Origin: Candidatus Staskawiczbacteria bacterium RIFCSPHIGHO2_01_FULL_39_25
GTDB taxonomy: Bacteria > Patescibacteriota > Minisyncoccia > Minisyncoccales > Staskawiczbacteraceae
Reading direction: 5' to 3'
Length of the DNA stretch: 64,000 nt
Assembly: GCA_001820095.1 (NCBI GenBank)
Contig: MHOO01000004.1
Location: forward strand, 1,749-65,748
The notes under the pieces are model-generated. The model made no database searches. It saw only the letters and a program-made list of their open reading frames with translations, and was not told the origin of the DNA. Positions 26,273 to 34,710 of this stretch are shown piece by piece. Position 1 is the first letter of the stretch; the number at the start of each line of letters is the position of its first letter. Position numbers and translations under genes: made by a program.

Positions 26273-27093
26273 AGCAATATTTAGACGTATTAAAGAAAAT
26301 TATGGATGAGGGAACTGACCGGCCGGATAGAACTGGTGTCGGTTCTCGCGCGGTATTCGGTGTTCCTATGCGTTTTAAAATGTCTGGCGGCTTTCCGGCC
26401 ATGACCACCAAAAAACTTGCTTTTGAAGCAGTGAAAGCTGAATTGCTTTGGTTTTTATCGGGTTCAAGCGATGTTAAGGAGCTGCAAAAATTGGGATGTA
26501 AAATTTGGGATGGAAATGCGTATTCAGATTATTGGAAGCCAAAAGCAAAATTTGAGGGGGATTTAGGCAGGGTATATGGCGTACAATGGAGAAGTTGGAA
26601 GTCACCTTATAACGATACTCCTATTGATCAAATTACCAATGTGATTAAAAAATTAAAAGAGAATCCGCATGATAGGAGAATTATTGTTTCAGCGTGGAAT
26701 CCGGCGGAAATAGACATGATGGCGCTTCCGCCGTGCCATTTGCTGTTTCAATTTTTCTGCGTCAACAACAAATTATCTTTGATGATGTATCAAAGATCCT
26801 GCGATACCTTTTTAGGGGTGCCCTTTAATATTGCTTCCTATTCATTGCTATTGCACATGGTGGCGCAGGTGACAGGATTAGAAGCTAATGAATGCATTAT
26901 TATTTTGGCTGATGCACATATTTACTTAAACCATTTTGACCAGGTAAAAGAGCAAATGGCGCGAGAGCCATTTGGCTTGCCAAAGTTATGGCTGAACCCT
27001 GAAATAACCGATATCAACAACTTTAAAATGGAAGATATAAAACTGATTGATTATAAGTATCATCCTTCTATTAAGGCCCCAATGGCAGTATGA
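26269..27093 (+). CDS. thyA: thymidylate synthase (ThyA type)
   Basis: DRTGVGSRAVFG, LPPCHLLFQFF (catalytic Cys) and YQRSCDTFLGVPFNIASY. Confidence 0.97.
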   Translation: MKQYLDVLKKIMDEGTDRPDRTGVGSRAVFGVPMRFKMSGGFPAMTTKKLAFEAVKAELLWFLSGSSDVKELQKLGCKIWDGNAYSDYWKPKAKFEGDLGRVYGVQWRSWKSPYNDTPIDQITNVIKKLKENPHDRRIIVSAWNPAEIDMMALPPCHLLFQFFCVNNKLSLMMYQRSCDTFLGVPFNIASYSLLLHMVAQVTGLEANECIIILADAHIYLNHFDQVKEQMAREPFGLPKLWLNPEITDINNFKMEDIKLIDYKYHPSIKAPMAV

Positions 27094-27581
27094 TAATCTC
27101 CATGATATCTGCGATAGCAGAAAATAGGGTTATTGGAAATAAGAACAGCTTACCATGGCATTTGCCTGCGGATTTTAAGTATTTCAAAGCGCAAACATTA
27201 AATAAGCCAATTGTAATGGGCTTAAAAACTTTTGAATCTATCGGAAGCAAACCATTGCCGAATCGGAAAAATATTATTTTGAATAATAATCCAAATTATA
27301 AAATTCCAGAAAATTGTTTTTTAGCAAGGTCAATTGAAGAGGCATTAGAAATGACAAAAAATGAAGATGAAGTTATGATTTGCGGCGGGGCTTCTGTATA
27401 TAGGCAATTCTTGCCATTAGCAGATAGGTTATATTTAACTTACATCCACCAGAATTTTGAGGGTGATACTTTATTCCCAGAATTTAATATCAATGAATGG
27501 AAAGAAATAAGCAGGGAAGACCACGAACCAGACGAAAAAAATAAATATTCCTATTCATTTGTAGTGCTTGAAAGGAAGTAA
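27090..27581 (+). CDS. folA: dihydrofolate reductase
   Basis: IGNKNSLPWHLPADFKYFK, LPNR.NI.L and GGASVY motifs. Confidence 0.93.
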   Translation: MIISMISAIAENRVIGNKNSLPWHLPADFKYFKAQTLNKPIVMGLKTFESIGSKPLPNRKNIILNNNPNYKIPENCFLARSIEEALEMTKNEDEVMICGGASVYRQFLPLADRLYLTYIHQNFEGDTLFPEFNINEWKEISREDHEPDEKNKYSYSFVVLERK

Positions 27582-27583
27582 CA

Positions 27584-27612
27584 AAACTGGTAAAGTAAAG
27601 CCAGTTTTTTTT
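27584..27612 (+). terminator. intrinsic terminator after folA
   Basis: AAAACTGG-taaagtaaag-CCAGTTTT followed by TTTT. Confidence 0.7.
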
Positions 27613-27643
27613 CGCCTGCACCTTAACAACAAGGAGATAACCT

Positions 27644-28633
27644 ATGGCCGAAGATTTTTTCCTAATGCAATATGAGGAAATTCCTTGCTGGTATGAACTT
27701 TCGTTTGATACGAATATTCCTGCGGTAGTGGTAAAAATCCACCAAGCTTACTTGAAATGCTTACCCGAGCGGTGGAAAGAAGGCCATTTGATTGCTAAAT
27801 TCCTAAAAGAATTCAAATTTTCCGAATTCAAAGGCAATTTGGAGGCAGGTGATTTTGGTTTTGATGCATCGTTTAAGCGGATGGGAGAAGAGGGTGATTT
27901 CTTATTTTTTTCTGTGCCAATGCCGGTACTAGAACACGTGCGAAAAAAGCCATGCGACTACTGCCAGGGAAACAAACAAGATGTTTTATTTGGCGGGGAT
28001 TGCGTGCTGTGCGGCGGCACTGGCATTCAAGATAAAATGATAGTATGCAACTTTTGCGACGGCGCAAAGAACGATTATTGGGGCGATGAATGCCGCCATT
28101 GCAAGGGGAAGGGCCAAGTGCTGGATTCATATATGGACTGGCAGCCTTTCTACGCTATTTCTGCCACATTTACCATATTCTGCGATCTCATGTACTGGGG
28201 AACTTCTAAAGAAAAGCTTACTTCTTGCAAGTTTCCCCAATTATTGACTGTCCAAACATCCATTGCTAAAGGCATGTCCGGAGCGCCTCTAGACGGAGTT
28301 TATGGCATTTCTTTAGCCAATTGGCTGGCGCGCATTCCGGCAGAGACGCATGTGCCTGCCATAGAAAACGCCATGATGCGCACATGGCAAAAAATCCATG
28401 GGGAATTAAACAGTATTGATAAGATGAATACCTTTGCTACCGTGGGCAGCCAGGGGAATATTTACATTAGTTGTCCGGGCGATAGGACAGCTTTGCACCG
28501 GAGCTCGGGTTACTCAAGAGTCGAGAAAGGGTATGAGTTTACATGCCATAATGTAGATACGCCCGCCCAGCAACTAACACTATTAGCAGGCCTTGGCGCA
28601 TTGTGCGACAGGGCAAGAAAAGAAATAAAATAA
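27644..28633 (+). CDS. hypothetical protein with a DnaJ-type CxxCxGxG zinc-finger cluster, higher-GC orphan
   Basis: SD AAGGAG. CDYCQGN..CVLCGGTG..CNFCDGA..CRHCKGKG. It is bracketed by terminators at 27584..27612 and 28639..28667. Confidence 0.6.
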   Translation: MAEDFFLMQYEEIPCWYELSFDTNIPAVVVKIHQAYLKCLPERWKEGHLIAKFLKEFKFSEFKGNLEAGDFGFDASFKRMGEEGDFLFFSVPMPVLEHVRKKPCDYCQGNKQDVLFGGDCVLCGGTGIQDKMIVCNFCDGAKNDYWGDECRHCKGKGQVLDSYMDWQPFYAISATFTIFCDLMYWGTSKEKLTSCKFPQLLTVQTSIAKGMSGAPLDGVYGISLANWLARIPAETHVPAIENAMMRTWQKIHGELNSIDKMNTFATVGSQGNIYISCPGDRTALHRSSGYSRVEKGYEFTCHNVDTPAQQLTLLAGLGALCDRARKEIK

Positions 28634-28638
28634 TGAAG

Positions 28639-28667
28639 TACCAGCGCCCAAAACGCTGGTTTTTTTT
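28639..28667 (+). terminator. intrinsic terminator
   Basis: ACCAGCG-cccaaaa-CGCTGGT followed by TTTTTTT. Confidence 0.75.
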
Positions 28668-28686
28668 GCCATTTTTGATATAATTT

Positions 28687-30141
28687 TTGAATATGCCATA
28701 TCAACCAACTATTGGGCTGGAAATCCATGCTGAATTAAATACAGCAAGCAAAATGTTTTGTTCATGCAAAAATGATCCGGATGAGAAACGTCCTAATTAC
28801 CTTATTTGTCCAACTTGCGCGGGACACCCAGGAACCTTGCCCGTTGCTAATGAAGAGGCGATAAAAAAAGTCATCAAAACCGGTTTGGCTTTGAATTGCA
28901 AAATTGCAGAAGATTCAAAGTTTGACCGAAAGAATTATTTTTATCCGGACTTGCCCAAAGGGTATCAGATTTCACAGTACGACCAGCCATTGTGTGAAAA
29001 AGGCTATTTAGAAATAGATGGAAGAAAAATTGGCATCACTCGCATTCATCTTGAAGAAGATACTGGCAGCCTTTTACATCCCGAGGGGGCTGATTATTCT
29101 TTAGTAAATTTAAACCGGGCCGGGGTTCCCTTAATGGAACTAGTTACCGAACCTGATATTACTTCGGGAAGTGAAGCAAAAAAATTTGCCGAACAATTGC
29201 AGTTGATATTTAGGTATTTAGGGGTTTCTGACGCCGATATGGAAAAAGGTCTTATGCGGGTTGAGGTAAATATTAGCGTAAGCCGAGGGAAAACGCTGGG
29301 CACTAAAGTTGAAATTAAAAATCTTAATTCATTCCGTGTAGTGCAAAAAGCTATTGATTTTGAAATTTCCCGCCAAACGGAGTTGTTAGAAAATGGGGGA
29401 AAAGTGGTACAAGAAACCCGTGGCTGGCATGATAAAAAAGAAATTACCTTTAGCCAACGGGAAAAAGAATCAGCGCATGATTATCGATATTTTCCCGAAC
29501 CTGATTTGCCCGCACTGCACTTTACCAAAGAATTTATTAAAGCGGTAAAAGCAGAAATTCCAGAATTACCGGAAGAAAAAAGCAGAAGGTTTTCCAAAGA
29601 GTATGGGCTAGATGAGACGTCAATTACGGTTTTTATTATGCAAAAGGATTTAAGCGAGTATTTTGAAAAAGTTGTTTCTGAATTTGATGAGTGGCTAAGT
29701 GTTGAACGGGCTCAACACAACAAGCAGCTATACAGGTTAGTTGCAAACTACCTTATTTCAGATGTGAATGGCCTTTTGGCTGGCAAAGAGTTTATTGAAA
29801 AAGATTTTAAGATTACTCCGGAAAATTTCGCTGAATTTATAAAAATGATTTATAAGCAAGAGATTTCCAGCAAGGTAGCAAAAATGGTGCTGGCTGAAAT
29901 GTACAATACCGGAGTTGACCCTTCAAGTATTGTTGATGAAAATAAATGGGGGCAGATGTCAGACAGCGGAGAACTGGAAAAAATCATCCAAGAAGTCATT
30001 GTAAAAAACCAAAAAGCGGTGGCAGATTATAAATCAGGCAACAAGAATGCCATCCAGTTTTTGTCAGGCCAAGTGATGGCAGCCACCCGTGGAACCGCTA
30101 ATCCCCAAAGTGTACAAGAGGTATTAAAGAAATTACTTTAA
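28687..30141 (+). CDS. gatB: Asp-tRNA(Asn)/Glu-tRNA(Gln) amidotransferase subunit B
   Basis: IGLEIHAELNT.SKMFC, RIHLEEDTG, NRAGVPLMELVTEPD and a C-terminal YqeY-like tail. Confidence 0.95.
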   Translation: MNMPYQPTIGLEIHAELNTASKMFCSCKNDPDEKRPNYLICPTCAGHPGTLPVANEEAIKKVIKTGLALNCKIAEDSKFDRKNYFYPDLPKGYQISQYDQPLCEKGYLEIDGRKIGITRIHLEEDTGSLLHPEGADYSLVNLNRAGVPLMELVTEPDITSGSEAKKFAEQLQLIFRYLGVSDADMEKGLMRVEVNISVSRGKTLGTKVEIKNLNSFRVVQKAIDFEISRQTELLENGGKVVQETRGWHDKKEITFSQREKESAHDYRYFPEPDLPALHFTKEFIKAVKAEIPELPEEKSRRFSKEYGLDETSITVFIMQKDLSEYFEKVVSEFDEWLSVERAQHNKQLYRLVANYLISDVNGLLAGKEFIEKDFKITPENFAEFIKMIYKQEISSKVAKMVLAEMYNTGVDPSSIVDENKWGQMSDSGELEKIIQEVIVKNQKAVADYKSGNKNAIQFLSGQVMAATRGTANPQSVQEVLKKLL

Positions 30142-31029
30142 GAATTTCTTGATTAATTTTTCTGCCTCACTTTTATTTCTAACCCAGTGAATTCTCTTAT
30201 CTCGCTTAAACCAGGTCATCTGGCGCCTGGCAAACTGTTCTATTTCTTTTTGTAACCTATCAATCATTTCTTGATAAGTTATTTTATCTTGCAGGTATTG
30301 CGCGACAAAACGGTATTCTAAACCCAGTTCTTCTAATCGTTTCCATGATAATCCGTTTTGATGGAGCTTTTTAACTTCGATAATCATTCCTTTTAGTCTT
30401 TTTTGTAATCTTTGATGGATCAACTTTTTTAGTTCTTCTGGTGATTTTTTTATACCTATTTGCAATATATTAAAATCGGGCAACGTCGGACGTTGCCCGA
30501 TTTTTGGAACGGGTTTATTAGTTGATAGTACAATTTCGATGGCTCTGATTAACCGGTGTGGATTTTTAGGGTCAATATTTTTAGCCCGTCTTGGATCTAG
30601 TTTTTTAAGCATTAAAAATAGTTCTTTAACGCTTTTCTTATCTAACTTTTTTCTTAGTTTCCAATTGGGCTTCACTTCAGGAATGGCAATGCCATCAACA
30701 ACAGATTGAATATAAAAACCAGTCCCTCCCACCAAAAAAGGAATTTTACCTTTATTTTGGATTTCTTGTATTTTTTTTAATGCCAGCGTTTGAAATTGAG
30801 CTACGGTAAATTTCCGTTTTGGATTTGCTACATCCAGAAGGTGATGGGGGATGCCCTTCATTTCTTTTTTTGTAATTTTCCCAGAACCGATATTCAACCC
30901 CTTATAGACTTGGCGTGAATCAGTCGAAATAATTTCTCCGTTAAACCTTTTGGCTAATGTAATAGATAGAGCAGTTTTCCCCGAAGCCGTAGGGCCAAGT
31001 ATGACTATAATTTTATTATTCTTTCTCAT
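30133..31029 (-). CDS. miaA: tRNA dimethylallyltransferase
   Basis: ILGPTASGKT P-loop, ISTDSRQVYKGLNIGSGK and VGGTGFY. Confidence 0.93.
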   Translation of the reverse strand: MRKNNKIIVILGPTASGKTALSITLAKRFNGEIISTDSRQVYKGLNIGSGKITKKEMKGIPHHLLDVANPKRKFTVAQFQTLALKKIQEIQNKGKIPFLVGGTGFYIQSVVDGIAIPEVKPNWKLRKKLDKKSVKELFLMLKKLDPRRAKNIDPKNPHRLIRAIEIVLSTNKPVPKIGQRPTLPDFNILQIGIKKSPEELKKLIHQRLQKRLKGMIIEVKKLHQNGLSWKRLEELGLEYRFVAQYLQDKITYQEMIDRLQKEIEQFARRQMTWFKRDKRIHWVRNKSEAEKLIKKFLK

Positions 31030-31201
31030 ATGTTTTATAAAAAAATCATCTAGGCTTATCAGATGATTATGAATCTTGTATCTTGAAGCTTGAATCTTGA
31101 ATTGAATGGTGCCTCGCCCGTAGGGTTACGGCTGAGGGAATTTGGAATTCTGGATTCCGTATTATATTCCAGATTCAAGATACGAGATTCTAGATTCTCG
31201 T
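31030..31201. repeat. word-type spacer: GAATCTTG / CAAGATTC arms around a GC-rich centre
   Basis: 5' arm GAATCTTGTATCTTGAAGCTTGAATCTTGAAT against 3' arm ATTCCAGATTCAAGATACGAGATTCTAGATTC. The centre is GGTGCCTCGCCCGTAGGG. Confidence 0.6.
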
Positions 31202-32818
31202 TTATCGTAGCTCTTCTTTCTTCTCCTTTATAAAATACCTCCACCGTTCCAGGAATTCTATAAACGAGGAAAATGGCATATCAATCAAGGCGTTAAAGAA
31301 TGCCGTAATGGCATTATATTGCTTCCAGGTATTAGAAAGCCAGCGGCCGGCTCCCGCAATTGGCAATACCAATATATCGGATATAAATCCAAAAAACCCG
31401 CCTTTTTCTTCTTCTATGGTAAGTTCTTGGGATCTCGTTCTTACGGCCATTCCGGTAAATAAAATTAATGCTATAAAAATAAGGTTAATGATAATTGAGG
31501 TTACCGGGAAAGCAAAATAAACAAAGACCCAAATGATAAATCCGAATGAAATGCCAGCTCCTATTAAGTAAATAAGCGATAGTATTAACCTTGTCATTAA
31601 ACTTCTCTTTCTGGCAATTTTTATTTCGTAGGTATCTTTTTTCTCTTTTTTATATACTATTTTTATTGTTTCCATTACTACCAGGCTTAAGTTCTTCTTT
31701 GAAGGAGGCTTTATGGTTATTACCAGAAAAGACATTAACAAGGTAGGTATTGCGACATCTGCAAATAACAAAAGGGTATTTAAATAGCCGCTGAATATTT
31801 TAGCCAAAATAATTTCTAATACTACTAATGATAGTATCTTGGTGATAAAAATTGAAGCGGTAGAATATATTGCTGCTCTGGCAATTTTTGTTTTTAAATC
31901 TGCGAGCCTTTTAAGGTATACGTTCCGGGTATATTCTTCTAAAAGGGCAGGTTCTTGAATTTCTGTTGCTATCTTTTCTATGTTGCCCTTAGATAATATA
32001 TCTCCTAATAGCAAGTATGGGGTATCGTATTTTTCGCAGATGGCATAAAATTTTTTGCCAAGCGGGTGCGCTATATTATATTCAATACCATTCAGCATCT
32101 TATACATATTTTGGGAAATATGAGAAAGCTCTTGGTCTGAAGGATTATCCCATTCAGGATGCTTATACTTTATAAGGTTATAACTTATAATCGGCACATC
32201 AAGCTTAAAAAGCGCTTGTTGCACGGCGATATAAATTTGAATATCTTTTTCTTCTTTTTTTAATACGCCTCTCGTATACACATTTTCATTAACTTTAATG
32301 CGTTCTTGCATTTGCAAAAACATGTAATCAATAAGGGCCATTTCTTTTATGGAAGGGGCTAAGGTTTCTTCAATTTCACAGGCAGCAATTTCCAAAAGAC
32401 GGTTGTAAAAGTTTAATCCGGCTTTGCCGCTTATATTTTCCGGGCTGTTTTTTAATATAACAATGTACTTAGAAAGTATTTTTTGGACATCGGTGATTTT
32501 TGACTCTTCTATTTTATCATTGGGGAAATACCCTCCCCGGATACACTCTAAAACCAACGGTTCAGCCATATTTTCTATTGAAACATTATTGATCTCTAAA
32601 TCTAAGAATCTTCTTTTCAGTTTTCGTATAATTGCCGCTCTGCGCATTAAGTGCTCTTCTTTCCAGTCAATGATGGTTCTTATTTGTTCATAAAAAGCCG
32701 CAACTTTTGAAGCGACTTCATCTACGTGTATCGTTGATACACCTTCTTGTAGCTTTAGAGAATCTTGCCACAGGTTAAATTTTGATATTAAGTTTTTTGT
32801 TTCCTGTGATAATTCCAT
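31202..32818 (-). CDS. hypothetical membrane protein (soluble N-domain of about 300 aa plus 5-6 C-terminal TM helices)
   Basis: Long intact ORF with hydrophobic helices from about residue 310. No recognisable motif. Confidence 0.6.
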   Translation of the reverse strand: MELSQETKNLISKFNLWQDSLKLQEGVSTIHVDEVASKVAAFYEQIRTIIDWKEEHLMRRAAIIRKLKRRFLDLEINNVSIENMAEPLVLECIRGGYFPNDKIEESKITDVQKILSKYIVILKNSPENISGKAGLNFYNRLLEIAACEIEETLAPSIKEMALIDYMFLQMQERIKVNENVYTRGVLKKEEKDIQIYIAVQQALFKLDVPIISYNLIKYKHPEWDNPSDQELSHISQNMYKMLNGIEYNIAHPLGKKFYAICEKYDTPYLLLGDILSKGNIEKIATEIQEPALLEEYTRNVYLKRLADLKTKIARAAIYSTASIFITKILSLVVLEIILAKIFSGYLNTLLLFADVAIPTLLMSFLVITIKPPSKKNLSLVVMETIKIVYKKEKKDTYEIKIARKRSLMTRLILSLIYLIGAGISFGFIIWVFVYFAFPVTSIIINLIFIALILFTGMAVRTRSQELTIEEEKGGFFGFISDILVLPIAGAGRWLSNTWKQYNAITAFFNALIDMPFSSFIEFLERWRYFIKEKKEELR

Positions 32819-32820
32819 AG

Positions 32821-34557
32821 CTATGATTTTGACTGGATTTCTTTTTTAACTTTTTCCAAAAAATTAGATAATGGCATTTGGCCCAGGTCTCCCTTTCCTC
32901 GCTGCCTTACACTTACGGCATTGGCCGCAATTTCTTTGTCACCCATAATTAACAGATAGGGTATTTTTTGCATTTCGGCCTCCCTGATTTTCTTACTCAG
33001 TGTTTCATTCTGATCATACATCATAAATCTTACATCATAAATATGAAATTGCTTTGCAATTTCATTTGCATATTCTAAATGCTTTTCTGAAATGGGAATT
33101 ACGGCAACCTGGATAGGGGACAGCCATACTGGAAAGTTTCCCGCATATTTTTCGATTAAAAATGCCATGATTCTTTCTATGGCCCCAATTGATGAGCGAT
33201 GTATTACAACGGCTTCTTCTTTTTCTCCTTTACTATTTGTAAAATGTAACTCAAATCTTTTTGGGCCGACAAAATCATATTGTACCGTAAAAGCAGTGTC
33301 TTCTTTTCCGGAAAAATTTTTCATTTGTATATCAATTTTTGGCCCATAAAATGCCGCTTCTTTTTCTGCCTCGTAAAATGAAGCTTTTCTTTCTTTGAGG
33401 ACTTTTCTTAAGATGTTTTCTGCATAATTCCATGCTTTATCATCTTTGTAGTATTTTTTTGAATCTTTTCTGTTTCCCAAAGATAATCTATATCGGTAAT
33501 CCGTATTTTGTTTTAGCCCAAAAATATTTGCCATATATTCAATCAAATCTAACACTTTATTTATTTCACTTTCTACGTTTTCTTTTTGACAAATAATATG
33601 TGAATCAGCTAGACAAAAGCTTCTTACCCGTATAAGGCCAGTTAACTCGCCTGATTTTTCATAGCGGAACTGTTTTGCTAATTCGGCAATTCTAAATGGC
33701 AATTCTTTGTATGACCTTGGTCGTGATAAATAAAGTTGGTAGTGATGAGGACAGGTCATCGGCCTTAAAATTAGTTCCTCTTCATCAATTTTCATTACCG
33801 GATACATGGATTCTTTATAATATGGATAGTGGCCGGATTTTTTATATAAATCCACCTTTGCCAATTCCGGAGTGTATACGTGCTTATATCCTCGTTTTAT
33901 TTCTTCATCAACTACTAGTCTTTCTAAAATTCTTCGTATGGTGGATCCTTTCTCGGTGAATAGTGGCAATCCTTTTCCTACCAAGTCCGAAAAGACAAAT
34001 AAATCTAGTTTTTCGCCTAATAGCCGATGGTCTCGTTTTTCAGCTTCCTGTTGCATGGTTAGATAATCTTGCAGTTCTTTGGCGGTTTCAAAAGCCACGC
34101 CATAAATACGGGTCAGCATCTTATTTTTTTCACTGCCTTTCCAGTAAGCTCCCGCGATTTTGGTGAGTTTGAAAGAATTAGGGTCAATTTCGCTGGTGTT
34201 GCCTACATGGCCTCCTTTGCACAAATCCAAAAACTTGCCGTTTTGGTAGGTTCCTACCGTTTTGCCCGGCAGATCTTTAATAAGTTCCAATTTATAGGGT
34301 TGGCTCTTAAATAATTTTTTAGCGGTAATTTTTGACGCTTTTTTGCCTACAAATTTCTGGTTTTCTTTGATGAGTTCTTTCATCCTGCCTTCAATTTTTT
34401 GCAAGTCTTCCGGTTTTAAGTCCTTTAATTCAATGTCGTAATAAAACCCATTTTCAATAGCGGGGCCAATCCCCAGTTTTGCCTTCGGCCAAAATTCCAT
34501 CACGGCTGAGGCCAGCAAATGGGCGAGCGAATGTCGTATTTTCTCAATATTTTCCAT
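32821..34557 (-). CDS. thrS: threonine--tRNA ligase (starts at the editing domain; no TGS domain)
   Basis: RHSLAHLLA (editing HxxxH), class II motifs (FRYEKSGELTGLIRVR; GPKID) and an anticodon-binding C-terminus. Confidence 0.93.
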   Translation of the reverse strand: MENIEKIRHSLAHLLASAVMEFWPKAKLGIGPAIENGFYYDIELKDLKPEDLQKIEGRMKELIKENQKFVGKKASKITAKKLFKSQPYKLELIKDLPGKTVGTYQNGKFLDLCKGGHVGNTSEIDPNSFKLTKIAGAYWKGSEKNKMLTRIYGVAFETAKELQDYLTMQQEAEKRDHRLLGEKLDLFVFSDLVGKGLPLFTEKGSTIRRILERLVVDEEIKRGYKHVYTPELAKVDLYKKSGHYPYYKESMYPVMKIDEEELILRPMTCPHHYQLYLSRPRSYKELPFRIAELAKQFRYEKSGELTGLIRVRSFCLADSHIICQKENVESEINKVLDLIEYMANIFGLKQNTDYRYRLSLGNRKDSKKYYKDDKAWNYAENILRKVLKERKASFYEAEKEAAFYGPKIDIQMKNFSGKEDTAFTVQYDFVGPKRFELHFTNSKGEKEEAVVIHRSSIGAIERIMAFLIEKYAGNFPVWLSPIQVAVIPISEKHLEYANEIAKQFHIYDVRFMMYDQNETLSKKIREAEMQKIPYLLIMGDKEIAANAVSVRQRGKGDLGQMPLSNFLEKVKKEIQSKS

Positions 34558-34710
34558 GTAAATTTGAGTTTAATTTGTATTAAAATAGCTTACCATTTTG
34601 ATAAGCCAGCGTAAACTATTGACAAAGTATAAATATCAATGCTTTTTTATTGACTTGATTTTATTCGTGATTAGTGGAAATTCGTTTAGCAATTCGTGAA
34701 AATTCGTTTT
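34558..34710. repeat. word-type spacer with ATTCGT words
   Basis: TTATTCGTGATTAGTGGAAATTCGTTTAGCAATTCGTGAAAATTCGTTTTT. Same vocabulary as 23573..23671 and 37893..37945. Confidence 0.6.
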
